NCBI GenBank assembly: GCA_022826245.1
Contig: JAJDVG010000032.1
Coordinates: 4,228 to 68,227, forward strand
Length of the DNA: 64,000 nucleotides
From: Gammaproteobacteria bacterium
Lineage (GTDB): Bacteria > Pseudomonadota > Gammaproteobacteria > Steroidobacterales > Rariloculaceae
Direction of reading: 5' to 3'
The position numbers were made by a program, and so were the translations under genes. Shown here one piece after another: positions 9,786 to 20,378 of the stretch (position 1 is its first letter; each line of letters starts with the position of its first letter). The notes under the pieces were generated by a model. That model ran no database searches and was not told where the DNA came from. It saw only the letters and a program-made list of their open reading frames with translations.

Positions 9786-11099
9786 ATGAGCGTGGAAATC
9801 AAGGTTCCCCAGCTTCCGGAGTCGGTTTCGGACGCGACGCTCGTCGCCTGGCATCGCAAGGCGGGCGACGCTGTGCGCCGCGATGAAAACCTCGTCGATC
9901 TGGAAACCGATAAGGTAGTACTTGAAGTTCCATCTCCAAATGACGGTATTTTAAAGGAAATAAGAGTTCAGGACGGATCCACGGTCACGAGTGGACAGCT
10001 CCTGGCCGTGCTTGACGAAGGCAGCGCTGCAGCAGCCCCGGATCCGGCTCCGGTCGCGACCGCGACGCCGCCGAAGCCGCCGCAAACTGCGCGGGAGACC
10101 TCCGCGTTTGGCCCGACGCGGCCCGAACCGGCGCCCGCGCGCGAGCAAGCCGCGGCCAAACCTCCCCGGGAATCGGCGCGCGCACCTGAGTCTGCGCCCG
10201 TCAGGATGGGCCCTGCCGTACGCAAGCTCGTCGAGGAGCACGATCTCGACCCGACGCTCATCGACGGGACGGGCAAGGACGGCAGGATCATCAAGGCGGA
10301 CGTGCTGAGCTACATCGCGAGCCGCCGGCAGACGAATGTCGGGATCGACTATGCCGCGCCTGCGCTGGCGGCCGACGAACCCGAGGTCGCAGCACCCGCG
10401 CGGCGCGAGCAGCGGGTCGCGATGACGCGCCTGCGCAGTCGCATCGCGGAGCGGCTCGTGCAGGCGCAGCAGACCGCGGCGATGCTGACCACGTTCAACG
10501 AGGTCGACATGACCGAGGTGATGGCGCTGCGCAGGCAATACCGCGACGAGTTTCAGGCGCGCCACGGCATCAAGCTCGGCTTCATGTCGTTCTTCATACG
10601 CGCCGCGATCGAGGCGCTCAGGGAGTACCCGACGCTGAACGCATCGGTGGACGGCGCGGACGTCGTCTATCACGAGTACTTCGACATCGGTGTTGCGGTC
10701 TCGACCGAGCGGGGCCTGCTCGTGCCGGTGCTGCGCGATGCCGAACTCATGAGCTTCGCCGAAATCGAGCACGCGATCGCCGACTATGGCAAGCGCGCGC
10801 GCGACGGCGAGATCGGCATGGACGAACTGACCGGTGGCACGTTCACGATCACGAACGGCGGCGTATTCGGTTCGATGATGTCCACGCCCATCCTGAACCC
10901 GCCGCAAAGCGGCATCCTCGGCATGCACAGGATTCAGGAACGCCCGATGGTCGTCGACGGCGAAATTCGGGCTCGGCCGATGATGTACCTCGCCCTGACC
11001 TACGATCACCGCATCATCGACGGCCGCGAAGCCGTTCAATTCCTGGTCCACCTCAAGGAACGGCTGCAGGATCCCGCCCGACTGCTGTTGCAGGTCTGA
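9786..11099 (+). CDS. sucB: dihydrolipoyllysine-residue succinyltransferase (E2o)
   Basis: 437-aa ORF. Lipoyl domain ([15 protein letters not shown]), Ala/Pro linker, E3-binding segment ([15 protein letters not shown]). Catalytic domain ends with the [11 protein letters not shown] motif. Confidence 0.95.
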   Translation: MSVEIKVPQLPESVSDATLVAWHRKAGDAVRRDENLVDLETDKVVLEVPSPNDGILKEIRVQDGSTVTSGQLLAVLDEGSAAAAPDPAPVATATPPKPPQTARETSAFGPTRPEPAPAREQAAAKPPRESARAPESAPVRMGPAVRKLVEEHDLDPTLIDGTGKDGRIIKADVLSYIASRRQTNVGIDYAAPALAADEPEVAAPARREQRVAMTRLRSRIAERLVQAQQTAAMLTTFNEVDMTEVMALRRQYRDEFQARHGIKLGFMSFFIRAAIEALREYPTLNASVDGADVVYHEYFDIGVAVSTERGLLVPVLRDAELMSFAEIEHAIADYGKRARDGEIGMDELTGGTFTITNGGVFGSMMSTPILNPPQSGILGMHRIQERPMVVDGEIRARPMMYLALTYDHRIIDGREAVQFLVHLKERLQDPARLLLQV

Positions 11100-11134
11100 C
11101 CGGACTACCTATTCCGAGGGACGGAACACTACCC

Positions 11135-12565
11135 ATGAGTGAACAACAATTCGATGTCGTCGTCATCGGCGGCGGCCCGGCTGGCTACCCGGCCGCCATT
11201 CGTGCTGCGCAGCTCGGTCTGTCCGTTGCCTGCGTCGACGACTGGCTCAATGCCGACGGTACGCGCCAGTTCGGCGGCACCTGCCTCAACGTCGGCTGCA
11301 TCCCGTCGAAAGCGCTGCTCGAATCGTCGGAGCTCTTCCATCGCGCCGGTTCGGAGTTTGCCGCTCACGGCATCGCGCTCGACGGCGTCGCTCTCGATCT
11401 CGATGCCATGCAGGGCCGCAAGCAGCGCATCGTCAAGCAACTGACGGCGGGCATCGAGGCGTTGTTCAAGTCCGCGGGCGTCACCGCGATCAAGTCGCGC
11501 GGCAGGCTGCTGGGCGAAAACCGGGTCGAAGTCGCGGGCGACGACGGCTCAAAGCGCGTGCTCGGCGCCGGACACGTCGTGCTCGCGACGGGCTCAACGC
11601 CCGTCGAGCTTTCGGTGGCGCCGTTCGACGGCAAGCGCATCGTCGATTCGGCGGGCGCGCTCGAGTTTTCCGAGGTGCCAGAAAGGCTCGGCGTGATCGG
11701 CGCCGGAGTCATCGGGCTCGAGCTCGGCAGCGTGTGGCGCCGCCTGGGTTCGGAAGTCGTGCTGCTTGAAGCGCTCGATACGTTCCTGCCCATGGTCGAC
11801 GAGGATGTCGCACGCGATGCGCTGAAGCAGTTCAAGCGCCAGGGCCTCGACATTCGACTCGGCGCCCGGGTGACGCGCGCCAAAGCCGTGCGCGACGGCG
11901 TCACGGTCAACTACGAAGCGGGCGGCAAGAAGGAGCGCGTCAAGTTCGACAAGCTCATCGTCTGCGTGGGCCGGCGTCCCGTGACCGACGGTCTGCTAGC
12001 GCCGGAGGCAGGCGTCGACGTCGACGGGAAAGGTTTCATCGTCGTCGACGAGAGCTGCCGGACCAGCGCAGCGAACGTCTGGGCCGTCGGCGATGTCGTG
12101 CGCGGCCCGATGCTGGCCCACAAGGGCACCGAAGAGGGCGTCATGGCGGCGGAGCTCATCGCCGGACACGTTGCCGAAATGAACTACGCGACGATCCCGT
12201 CGGTGATCTATACGGCGCCTGAGATCGCCTGGGTCGGTCAGACCGAAGCCGAGGTCAGGGAGAACGGGCGCGACTGCAAGGTCGGCACGTTTCCGTTCAG
12301 CGCCAACGGCCGAGCCAAGGCGCTGCACCAGGACGCGGGCCTGGTCAAACTCATCGCCGATCGCGAATACGACGAGATACTGGGCCTGCACATCGTCGGG
12401 CCGATGGCCGGCGAACTCGTCGCCGAAGCCGTGCTCGCGATGGAGTTCTCGGCGTCCGCCGAGGACCTGCAACGCACGATCCATGCTCATCCGACGCTGA
12501 CCGAGGCGCTGCACGAAGCGGCGCTCGCTGCCGACAAGCGGGCAATTCACGCGCTCAACCGCTGA
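11135..12565 (+). CDS. lpdA: dihydrolipoyl dehydrogenase (E3)
   Basis: 476-aa ORF. FAD fold VVVIGGGPAGY, redox disulfide GGTCLNVGCIPSK, NAD fold GVIGAGVIGLE, C-terminal HAHPT motif. Confidence 0.95.
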   Translation: MSEQQFDVVVIGGGPAGYPAAIRAAQLGLSVACVDDWLNADGTRQFGGTCLNVGCIPSKALLESSELFHRAGSEFAAHGIALDGVALDLDAMQGRKQRIVKQLTAGIEALFKSAGVTAIKSRGRLLGENRVEVAGDDGSKRVLGAGHVVLATGSTPVELSVAPFDGKRIVDSAGALEFSEVPERLGVIGAGVIGLELGSVWRRLGSEVVLLEALDTFLPMVDEDVARDALKQFKRQGLDIRLGARVTRAKAVRDGVTVNYEAGGKKERVKFDKLIVCVGRRPVTDGLLAPEAGVDVDGKGFIVVDESCRTSAANVWAVGDVVRGPMLAHKGTEEGVMAAELIAGHVAEMNYATIPSVIYTAPEIAWVGQTEAEVRENGRDCKVGTFPFSANGRAKALHQDAGLVKLIADREYDEILGLHIVGPMAGELVAEAVLAMEFSASAEDLQRTIHAHPTLTEALHEAALAADKRAIHALNR

Positions 12566-12625
12566 CGACGCAAGCAGACGCGTAATCACCGTCGCGTGCG
12601 GCGTCTTGGCGCAACGACAAGCCAA

Positions 12626-12735
12626 GGGTAGGCCCACTGCGGGCCGCGTGAAACCCTCGCGCGCAGGGATGCGCGCGCGGAGCCTACAGGGATGTAATCA
12701 CGGCGTGTTTCAAGCGGCCCGCAGTGTGCCTACCC
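12626..12735. repeat. structured palindromic intergenic repeat, copy 2 of 3
   Basis: Arms GGGTAGGCCCACTGCGGGCCGCGTGAAAC (12626-12654) and complement (12707-12735, 27/29 paired) flank the same 52-nt core, which differs from copy 1 at a few positions. Lies 61 nt after the lpdA stop. Confidence 0.85.
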
Positions 12736-12939
12736 GCACCGCGCTCACAGACGCTCACGGACCTTGTTCGCTGACGCTCGCGCCCGCCGACCGATTCCCG
12801 TTATGATAGGCAGCGGTGGCGTTCGTGGGACCGTCGCCGTTTGGAGTTACGGTAAGTTTTCGCAACCGGATACGCGGGGGCACGAGCCGCCCGCGGGTCC
12901 CGGTTCATTCGCACTTTGCGATGTCGCGGGAGTGCACGC

Positions 12940-13686
12940 ATGGCCGGCCACAGCAAGTGGGCGAACATCAGGTTTCGGAAGGGAGCCCAGGACGCCAAGC
13001 GCGGCAAGATATTCACGAAGCTCATCCGCGAAATCACGACGGCGGCGCGCGACGGCGGCCCCGACCCCGATGCCAATCCGAGGCTGCGCCTGGCGATCGA
13101 CAAGGCCAGGTCGCAGAGCATGCCGAAGGACAACATCGAGCGTGCCGTCAAGCGCGGCGCGGGCGATCACGACGGCGACAACTATGAACAGGCGCGTTAC
13201 GAGGGCTACGGGCCCGGCGGCGTGGCCGTGATGGTCGACTGCCTGACCGACAACCGCAATCGCACCGTCGCTGAGGTTCGCCATGCGTTCACGAAGTTCG
13301 GCGGAAATCTTGGCGCCGACGGTTCCGTCGCCTACCTGTTCGATCACGTGGGCCTCATGAGTTACCCGGCCGGCAGCGATGAGGATCGCATCATGGACGC
13401 GGCCATCGAATCCGGCGCAAACGACGTGGTCGGCAACGACGACGGCAGCCTCGAGGTGATCAGCGAACCGGAGGATTTCACCGAGGTCAACGACGCCCTG
13501 CGGGGCGCGGGGCTCGAACCGGAGCATGCCGAAGTGACGATGCGCGCTTCGACGCGGCTCGCCATCGATGCCGATGCGGCGCAAACGCTCTCCAAGATGC
13601 TCGACATGCTCGATGACCTCGATGACGTGCAGCAGGTCTACTCCAACGTGGACTTTCCGGAGGATTTCATCGGGGAATCAGCTTGA
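12940..13686 (+). CDS. yebC: YebC/PmpR family DNA-binding transcriptional regulator
   Basis: ORF 12916..13686 trimmed to ATG 12940 ([32 protein letters not shown], the canonical family N-terminus). Conserved position upstream of ruvC. Confidence 0.9.
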   Translation: MAGHSKWANIRFRKGAQDAKRGKIFTKLIREITTAARDGGPDPDANPRLRLAIDKARSQSMPKDNIERAVKRGAGDHDGDNYEQARYEGYGPGGVAVMVDCLTDNRNRTVAEVRHAFTKFGGNLGADGSVAYLFDHVGLMSYPAGSDEDRIMDAAIESGANDVVGNDDGSLEVISEPEDFTEVNDALRGAGLEPEHAEVTMRASTRLAIDADAAQTLSKMLDMLDDLDDVQQVYSNVDFPEDFIGESA

Positions 13687-13708
13687 CTCTTGGTAACGCG
13701 GCAAAGCG

Positions 13709-14218
13709 ATGAGCGGCAGGGTCAGAATCCTCGGTATCGATCCGGGTTCCCGGATCACCGGATACGGGCTCGTCGACCTCGACGGTTCCTCGGCCGTTGC
13801 GGTGGACTGGGGTTCGATCCGGACGTCCGGAGAGCACACCGCGAGGCTCAAGTCCATTTTCGAGGCGCTCGGGGGGATCGTACGGGAGTTCTCTCCCGAC
13901 GAAGTCGCGGTCGAGCGCGTGTTCATGCACCGCAATGCCGACAGCGCTCTGAAGCTCGGCCAGGCCAGAGCCGCCGCGTTGTGCGGAACCTTCGCGGCCG
14001 ACATCCCGATCTACGAATACTCTCCCAGGCACATCAAGAAAGCGGTGGTCGGCCGCGGCGCTGCCGAGAAGGCTCAGGTGCAGCTCATGGTCAGGACGAT
14101 TCTCGGCCTGCGCGGCGAAATCGAGGCCGATGCGGCCGACGCGCTCGCCGCCGCGCTCTGTCACGCCTACGAGCGCGGCACGAAGTCCGTGCTCGATCGG
14201 CTCGCGGAGACGTCGTGA
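13709..14218 (+). CDS. ruvC: crossover junction endodeoxyribonuclease RuvC
   Basis: 169-aa ORF. N-terminal ILGIDPGSRITGYG (RNase H-fold catalytic Asp). Stop overlaps the ruvA start (GTGA). Confidence 0.9.
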   Translation: MSGRVRILGIDPGSRITGYGLVDLDGSSAVAVDWGSIRTSGEHTARLKSIFEALGGIVREFSPDEVAVERVFMHRNADSALKLGQARAAALCGTFAADIPIYEYSPRHIKKAVVGRGAAEKAQVQLMVRTILGLRGEIEADAADALAAALCHAYERGTKSVLDRLAETS

Positions 14219-14802
14219 TCGGGTTTCTGAAGGGAACGCTCGCCGCCAAGCGACCGCCCTGGCTCATGCTTGACGTCGCGGGCGTGGGTTACGAGCTCGA
14301 AGCGCCGATGTCGACGTTTTACCAGTTACCGGAGGTGGGTTCGCCGGCAACGCTCGTGACCCACCTGCACATTCGCGACGATGCCCATGTGCTCTACGGC
14401 TTCTCGTCCGAACCCGAGCGGGAGCTGTTCCGCAACCTGCTCAAGGTCAGCGGAATCGGCGCCCGCATCGCGCTCGGCGTCTTGTCGGGCATGAGCGTGG
14501 ATGCGTTCTACCACAGTGTGCGCGAGCGCGACGCAGCGAGCCTGACCCGTGTGCCGGGCGTCGGCCGCAAGACTGCCGACAGGCTGCTACTCGATATGGC
14601 CGACAAGTTGCCCGAGGCAAGCGACGGCGGAGTCGGCGCGGCGCCGGGTCCGGTCGGCTCCGAAGCCGAGGCGCACGGCGCGTTGCTGACGCTCGGCTAC
14701 AGGCCCGCCGAGGCCGCGAGAATGCTCAAGGACCTCGACACGACGCAGCTTTCCACGGAAGACCTGATCCGTGAGGCGTTGCGCCGGGTGCACCGGGGGT
14801 GA
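14215..14802 (+). CDS. ruvA: Holliday junction branch migration complex subunit RuvA
   Basis: In-frame GTG 14215 inside ORF 13690..14802 gives a 195-aa product, VIGFLKGTL...LDVAGVGYELEAPMSTF, with HhH region LLKVSGIGARIAL and VPGVGRKTADRL. Confidence 0.9.
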   Translation: MIGFLKGTLAAKRPPWLMLDVAGVGYELEAPMSTFYQLPEVGSPATLVTHLHIRDDAHVLYGFSSEPERELFRNLLKVSGIGARIALGVLSGMSVDAFYHSVRERDAASLTRVPGVGRKTADRLLLDMADKLPEASDGGVGAAPGPVGSEAEAHGALLTLGYRPAEAARMLKDLDTTQLSTEDLIREALRRVHRG

Positions 14803-14809
14803 ATGAACG

Positions 14810-15850
14810 ATGAGCGCCGAAGAACGTTTCGTGAACCCGACGCGCGGACGCGAGGACGAAGCGTTCGACCGCGCCGTGCGGCCGCGGCGGCTCGACGAGT
14901 ACGTCGGCCAGCCGCGAGTCAAGGCGCAGATGAGCATCTTCATCGAAGCGGCCAGACAGCGCGAGGAGGCTCTCGACCACACGCTGCTATTCGGTCCTCC
15001 CGGGCTCGGCAAGACGACGCTCGCGCACATCATCGCCAACGAACTCGGCGTCGGTCTCATGCACACCTCCGGTCCCGTGCTCGAGAAGCCCGGCGATCTG
15101 GCAGCGCACCTGACCAATCTCGAGCCGAAAAGCGTCCTGTTCGTCGACGAGATTCATCGCCTGAGCGCCGTCGTCGAGGAAGTGCTCTACCCGGCGCTCG
15201 AGGATTTCCAGCTCGACATCATCATCGGCGAGGGTCCCGGCGCGCGAACGCTCAAGATCGACCTGCCGCCGTTCACGCTGGTGGGCGCGACGACGCGCGC
15301 GGGCCTGTTGACATCTCCGCTGCGCGACCGTTTCGGGATCACCCAGCGGCTCGACTTCTACGACTGCGACGAACTTGCGCAGATCGCCCGCCGCACGGCG
15401 GGAATCATCGATCTGCCGATCGACGAGGCGGGCGCGACGGAAATCGCAAGCCGCTCGCGCGGCACGGCGCGGGTCGTCAATCGGCTGCTGCGCCGCGTAC
15501 GCGATTACGCCCAGGTCAAGGCCGACGGCCGGGTGGATGAGCGCGTCGCCGAAGCCGCCATGGATCTGCTCGAGGTCGACCCGCACGGTTTCGACTCGAT
15601 GGATCGCAGGTTGCTGCTCACGGTCATCGAGAAGTTCGACGGCGGCCCGGTCGGTATCGACAGTCTCGCGGCCGCGATCGGCGAGGAGCGCGGCACGCTC
15701 GAGGACGTGATCGAGCCCTATCTGATTCAGGAGGGTTATCTTGCCCGCACTTCGCGCGGACGCATCGCGACGCGGCTGGCTTACGTACACTTCGGCATCG
15801 AGCTGCCGGCGAGCCGGGAGAAACCGGATGTTCCCGATCTGTTTGACTGA
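14810..15850 (+). CDS. ruvB: Holliday junction branch migration DNA helicase RuvB
   Basis: 346-aa ORF. Walker [12 protein letters not shown], Walker [10 protein letters not shown], sensor [15 protein letters not shown]. Confidence 0.95.
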   Translation: MSAEERFVNPTRGREDEAFDRAVRPRRLDEYVGQPRVKAQMSIFIEAARQREEALDHTLLFGPPGLGKTTLAHIIANELGVGLMHTSGPVLEKPGDLAAHLTNLEPKSVLFVDEIHRLSAVVEEVLYPALEDFQLDIIIGEGPGARTLKIDLPPFTLVGATTRAGLLTSPLRDRFGITQRLDFYDCDELAQIARRTAGIIDLPIDEAGATEIASRSRGTARVVNRLLRRVRDYAQVKADGRVDERVAEAAMDLLEVDPHGFDSMDRRLLLTVIEKFDGGPVGIDSLAAAIGEERGTLEDVIEPYLIQEGYLARTSRGRIATRLAYVHFGIELPASREKPDVPDLFD

Positions 15851-15893
15851 CCTTGCCGGGCGCGAGCGGGTCGCCCGACGGAAGGACTGAACG

Positions 15894-16301
15894 GTGGCGG
15901 GATTCGTGTTGCCGGTCAGGGTGTATCTGGAGGATACGGACGCCCAGGGTGTGGTGTATAACGCCAGTTATTTCCGGTTCATGGAGAGGGCGCGCACCGA
16001 ACGGTTGCGCGCGTCCGGGATAGATCACGACGAGCTGCGCATGCACCATGGGGTCGCGCTCGTGTTGACGGGCGTCAGCGCCCGGTTCAGGTCGCCGGCG
16101 CGCTTGAGCGATATGCTCTACGTCGGCGCCGATGTCGCGGAGGTTCGCGGCGCCCGCGTCGTGTTCGCCCAGAGCGTGCGGCGCGACTCGGAGGAGGGTG
16201 AACTCGTGTGCGACGGCAAGGCGGAGGTTGCGTGTATGGATCTGGGTGAAGGCAGGCCGAAGCGCTTGCCCGGGGAATTGATGAGAGAACTGTCACGATG
16301 A
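15894..16301 (+). CDS. ybgC: tol-pal associated acyl-CoA thioesterase (4HBT fold)
   Basis: 135-aa ORF, GTG start. Motif VRVYLEDTDAQGVVYNASYFRFMERART. Stop overlaps the tolQ start. Confidence 0.85.
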   Translation: MAGFVLPVRVYLEDTDAQGVVYNASYFRFMERARTERLRASGIDHDELRMHHGVALVLTGVSARFRSPARLSDMLYVGADVAEVRGARVVFAQSVRRDSEEGELVCDGKAEVACMDLGEGRPKRLPGELMRELSR

Positions 16302-16996
16302 CCGGCGACCTTTCGATACTGTCACTGATCCTGGCGGCGAGCATCCCCGTCAAGGCGGTCATGCTCTTGCTGCTGCTGGCCTCGGTCGCTTCCTGGGCGG
16401 TCATCTTCGACAAGCGCAGGCTGTTGCGCGATGCCGTGGGCGCGGCGGACGAGTTCGAGACCAACTTCTGGTCGGGCGTGGACCTCGCTAACGTCTACCA
16501 TGAACTCTCCGCCGAGGAGAAGTCGCCGCTCGGCATGGCCGGCATTTTCGAGTCGGGTTTTCGCGAGTTCGGCCGCCTGCGGGAGGACTCGGGCATGACC
16601 TCCGGACAGGTCGTCGAAGGCGCCCGCAGGTCCATGCGCGTGTCGCAGTTACGCGAGATGGACAGGCTCGAGCAGAACCTCGCGTTCCTGGCGACCGTGG
16701 GGTCGACGAGCCCCTATATCGGGCTGTTCGGCACGGTCTGGGGCATCATGGATTCGTTCATATCGCTCGGCAACGTGCAAAGCGCGACTATTTCGATGGT
16801 TGCGCCCGGCATCGCCGAAGCGTTGATCGCGACCGCGATGGGATTGTTTGCAGCGATTCCGGCCGTGATCGCGTTCAACCGGTATGCAGATCAGGTAGGA
16901 CGTCTGGAGGTGCGCTACGACACGTTCATGGAGGAGCTGTCGGCGATATTCCAGCGCAGTTCGGGACGCCTGGATACCGTGGGAGTAGTGCAATGA
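16298..16996 (+). CDS. tolQ: Tol-Pal system protein TolQ
   Basis: 232-aa MotA/TolQ/ExbB-type protein with three TM segments. Located between ybgC and tolR. Confidence 0.9.
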   Translation: MTGDLSILSLILAASIPVKAVMLLLLLASVASWAVIFDKRRLLRDAVGAADEFETNFWSGVDLANVYHELSAEEKSPLGMAGIFESGFREFGRLREDSGMTSGQVVEGARRSMRVSQLREMDRLEQNLAFLATVGSTSPYIGLFGTVWGIMDSFISLGNVQSATISMVAPGIAEALIATAMGLFAAIPAVIAFNRYADQVGRLEVRYDTFMEELSAIFQRSSGRLDTVGVVQ

Positions 16997-17436
16997 GTCG
17001 GGGCAGGCACCGCCGTTTGATGGGCGAGATCAACGTCGTACCCTATATCGACGTCATGCTCGTGTTGCTGATTATCTTCATGATTACCGCACCGCTGCTG
17101 ACGCAGGGCATCACGGTCGATCTCCCGGCCGCGGGCGCCGAACCGCTCGATCCGGACCTCATGCGCGACAATGAGCCGCTCGTGCTCAGCATCGACCGGG
17201 AGGGGAGGTTGTTCCTCAACGTCGGCGGCGATGTCGAAGAATCGATCGACGAGCAGACCGTCCTCGCGCGAACCGCCGCCGTGCTCAGGCGCAACGCCGA
17301 GACGCCCGTACTCGTCAAGGCCGACGAGGCCGTCGAATACGGCCGTGTCGTCACCGGCATGGTGCTGCTGCAGCAGGCCGGCGCCGAGCGCGTGGGCTTC
17401 ATCACCGATCCGCTCGAGACCGTCGAGCAACAGTAG
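16993..17436 (+). CDS. tolR: Tol-Pal system protein TolR
   Basis: 147-aa ExbD/TolR-type protein (EINVVPYIDVMLVLLIIFM). Start overlaps the tolQ stop. Confidence 0.9.
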   Translation: MSRGRHRRLMGEINVVPYIDVMLVLLIIFMITAPLLTQGITVDLPAAGAEPLDPDLMRDNEPLVLSIDREGRLFLNVGGDVEESIDEQTVLARTAAVLRRNAETPVLVKADEAVEYGRVVTGMVLLQQAGAERVGFITDPLETVEQQ

Positions 17437-17457
17437 GAGGCCGGGCAGACAAGGGTC

Positions 17458-18336
17458 ATGGGTTCGTTTCTGCGCCAGCATCCGGTTGCCGTCGCCTTGT
17501 CGGTGACGCTGCATGTCGGGATCGCCGCCGTGTTCACGATCGGTGCGTGGTATTCGCCGCAAACCCGAGTCGTGTCCCGGCAGGTCGCGATCGAAGCCAT
17601 GGTAGTTGACGAGGATCTCGTCGAGCGCGAGATGGCGCGACTCGAGGAACTCGAGCGCGAGGCGATCCGGCAGCGCGAACAGGAAGAGCTCGAAGCTCGC
17701 GAGGCCGCCGAGCGCGAACGCGAGCGGCTGGCGGAACTGCAGCGCCAGCGCGAAGAGCAGGAGCGGCTTCAGGTCGAAGAAGAGCAGCGACGCGCGGCCG
17801 AGCAGCAACGTCTTGCCGACTTGCGCGAACAGCGTGAACGCGAGGAGCGGGAGGCGGCCGAGGCTGCCGAGCGCGAGCGCGAGAGGCTCGCCGAGTTGCA
17901 GCGCCAACGCGAGGAGGAGGAGCGCCTCGCGGAGGAGCGCGCCGAGGAGGAGCGGCAGCGCCGGGAAGCCGAGGCCGCCGCGCGCGCCCAGGCCGAGCGG
18001 GAAGCCGAACTGCAGCGCCTGCTCGCGGCGGAGGAAGAACGCCGCCAGGCCGAGCAGGCCGGTTTGCTCGGCGAGTATATCCGGCAGATCGAGAACCGGA
18101 TCCAACAGAACTGGATCAGGCCGGCGAGCGCTACGGCGGGTCTTGAATGCGTCGTCAACGTGACCCAGATTCCGAGCGGCGATGTGGTTAATGTGCAGGT
18201 CGGGGAGTGCAACGGCGACGATGCTGTCATCAGGTCGATCGAGGCGGCGGTGCTTCGGGCTTCGCCCTTGCCGACGCCTCCCCAGCAGATCCTGTTCGAG
18301 CGCAACCTGATCGTGACGTTCCGGCCCGATGTCTAG
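17458..18336 (+). CDS. tolA: Tol-Pal system protein TolA
   Basis: 292-aa ORF. N-terminal TM anchor, long E/R/A-rich helical domain II, small C-terminal globular domain. Sits between tolR and tolB. Confidence 0.85.
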   Translation: MGSFLRQHPVAVALSVTLHVGIAAVFTIGAWYSPQTRVVSRQVAIEAMVVDEDLVEREMARLEELEREAIRQREQEELEAREAAERERERLAELQRQREEQERLQVEEEQRRAAEQQRLADLREQREREEREAAEAAERERERLAELQRQREEEERLAEERAEEERQRREAEAAARAQAEREAELQRLLAAEEERRQAEQAGLLGEYIRQIENRIQQNWIRPASATAGLECVVNVTQIPSGDVVNVQVGECNGDDAVIRSIEAAVLRASPLPTPPQQILFERNLIVTFRPDV

Positions 18337-18411
18337 CTTGCTATCGTCGGAGTTCCGAGTCGCACCTTGCGAAACACGTTTCCAGCCATGCCTGCAGATG
18401 CTTGAGGTTCA

Positions 18412-19746
18412 ATGTCCTTGTCAATGAGATGCAAGTGGTGGAGTGTCGGTCACGCCGCGCTCGTATTGGCGGCGCTTCTGATAGGCGCCGCCGCCAACGC
18501 ACAGCTCCGGATCGAGATCCGCAGCGGAGTGGAGCGGCCGATACCGATGGCGATCGTGCCGTTCGGTTTCAACGGCGGAGGCGCGCCGGCGCCGTTCGAT
18601 CTCGCCGGGCTCGTGACGGCCGACCTCGGCAACAGCGGCCGCTTCGACCCGATCCCCGAGTCCGACATGCTGTCGCGTCCGACCCGGCCCGCCGACATCA
18701 ATTTCAATGACTGGCAGATCCTCGATGTCGACGTCGTCCTGATCGGTGAGCTGACCGAAGACGCACCCGATCGCTATACGATCGTCTTTCAGCTTTTCGA
18801 CGTGCTGCGCGGCGAGCAGCTTCTCGGATTCCGCCTGTCGACCGCGCGGGCCGATCTCAGGGCCGCGGGCCACCAGATCGCGGATATCGTCTACGAGGAG
18901 TTGACGGGCATTCCGGGTGTGTTCAGCACGAGCATCGCGTACGTCAACGAAACGCGTAACCCCGACGGCAGCCAGCGGTTCAGGCTCATCGTCGCCGATT
19001 CCGACGGCGAGAACTCGCGCGTGATCGCCGATTCGCCCGACCCGCTCATGTCGCCGGCATGGTCGCCGGATGGACGCAGGATCGCCTACGTTTCGTTCGA
19101 GGGCGAGAACTCCGCCGTCTACGTCCAGACCCTGCGCACCGGCACGCGCGATCGCGTGTCGGCGCGCGAAGGGGTAAACAGCGCTCCGGCCTTCTCGCCG
19201 GACGGCCGCAGGCTTGCGCTTACGCTGTCGCGCGACGGCAATCTCGACATCTACACGATCGATCTGGCAACTCAGGTGTCGAGACGCCTGACGCAAAGCT
19301 CGTCCATCGACACGGAACCCACCTGGAGCGAGGACGGCGAATCGATCTACTTCACGTCCGATCGTGCCGGTGGGCCGCAGATCTACCGGATTCCTTCCGT
19401 TCCGCCCGTCGACCGGGCCGAACGCGTGACCTTCGAGGGCAGCTATAATGCGAGGCCGCGCGTGTCTCCGGACGGCGACTCGTTGGCAGTCGTGCACCGC
19501 AATCAGGACAACTACCGAATCGCTACCGTAGACCCGGACACGGGGCTGGTTCAGGTGCTGACCAACGGCCGACTCGACGAATCGCCGAGCTTCGCGCCGA
19601 ACGGAGCGCAGATCATTTATGCGACGCGTGAAGGCGGCCGGGGCGTGCTGGCGTCGGTCAGTTCCGACGGGCGCATCCGCCGGCAGATCGCCTCGGTGGC
19701 GGGCGACGTGCGCGAGCCGGTCTGGTCGCCGTATCCGCGCCCCTGA
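18412..19746 (+). CDS. tolB: Tol-Pal system beta-propeller protein TolB
   Basis: 444-aa ORF with signal peptide. Repeated WSPDG/FSPDG blades (PAWSPDGRRIAYVSFE, PAFSPDGRRLALT, PRVSPDGDSLAVV). Confidence 0.9.
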   Translation: MSLSMRCKWWSVGHAALVLAALLIGAAANAQLRIEIRSGVERPIPMAIVPFGFNGGGAPAPFDLAGLVTADLGNSGRFDPIPESDMLSRPTRPADINFNDWQILDVDVVLIGELTEDAPDRYTIVFQLFDVLRGEQLLGFRLSTARADLRAAGHQIADIVYEELTGIPGVFSTSIAYVNETRNPDGSQRFRLIVADSDGENSRVIADSPDPLMSPAWSPDGRRIAYVSFEGENSAVYVQTLRTGTRDRVSAREGVNSAPAFSPDGRRLALTLSRDGNLDIYTIDLATQVSRRLTQSSSIDTEPTWSEDGESIYFTSDRAGGPQIYRIPSVPPVDRAERVTFEGSYNARPRVSPDGDSLAVVHRNQDNYRIATVDPDTGLVQVLTNGRLDESPSFAPNGAQIIYATREGGRGVLASVSSDGRIRRQIASVAGDVREPVWSPYPRP

Positions 19747-19805
19747 CATCCTTGTATGTGGGATGGCTCGACGACTATCGTAGTGACCCTGTTTTTTGAA
19801 TTTGC

Positions 19806-20378
19806 ATGAGGATCCACATCGTGACACGACTCAAGCTGCTGTCTGCAAGTCTCGCCATCGCATTTGTCGCTGCTGGCTGCGGAGGTTCCGGCGGAACCGT
19901 TCCCGACGAAGGTACCGGGGGCGCAGTGGCCCCGAGCGGCGGCGGCGGCGCGGACGACTCTTCCTCGGGCGCGGTCACGACCGCCTTGCCGGGGCCCGGC
20001 GGCAGCGACATCAGCGCTCTGACCCCGCAGGAGCGAACCCTCGTGACGGAGAACCTCGTCGTCTACTTCGAGTTCGACAGGAGCGACGTCCGGTCCGATT
20101 TCAATGCGATGCTGGCCGCGCACGGCCAGCTCCTCGCCACGAACCCGGGTGTCTCCGTTCGACTCGAGGGCCATGCCGACGAGCGCGGCACGCGCGAGTA
20201 CAACATCGGTCTCGGTGAGCGGCGTTCGCAATCCGTGCGGCAGATCCTGCTGCTTCAGGGCGCGGCGGCGGCTCAGCTTGCGACCGTCAGTTACGGCGAG
20301 GAACGGCCGGCCGTGTTCGGCAGCGACGAGGGATCCTGGAGTCTTAACCGCCGCGTCGAGCTCATCTATGAGCAATGA
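19806..20378 (+). CDS. pal: peptidoglycan-associated lipoprotein Pal
   Basis: 190-aa ORF. Lipobox LAIAFVAAGC. OmpA-like C-terminus (VRLEGHADERGTREYNIGLGERRSQSV, NRRVELIY). Confidence 0.9.
   Translation: MRIHIVTRLKLLSASLAIAFVAAGCGGSGGTVPDEGTGGAVAPSGGGGADDSSSGAVTTALPGPGGSDISALTPQERTLVTENLVVYFEFDRSDVRSDFNAMLAAHGQLLATNPGVSVRLEGHADERGTREYNIGLGERRSQSVRQILLLQGAAAAQLATVSYGEERPAVFGSDEGSWSLNRRVELIYEQ

Noticed and set aside
17640-18060. Highly repetitive E/R/A/Q-rich stretch in tolA (REREEREAAEAAERERERLAELQRQREE...), considered as a repeat element
   Set aside because: This is the expected low-complexity helical domain II of TolA. It is coding, in frame and in canonical gene context.
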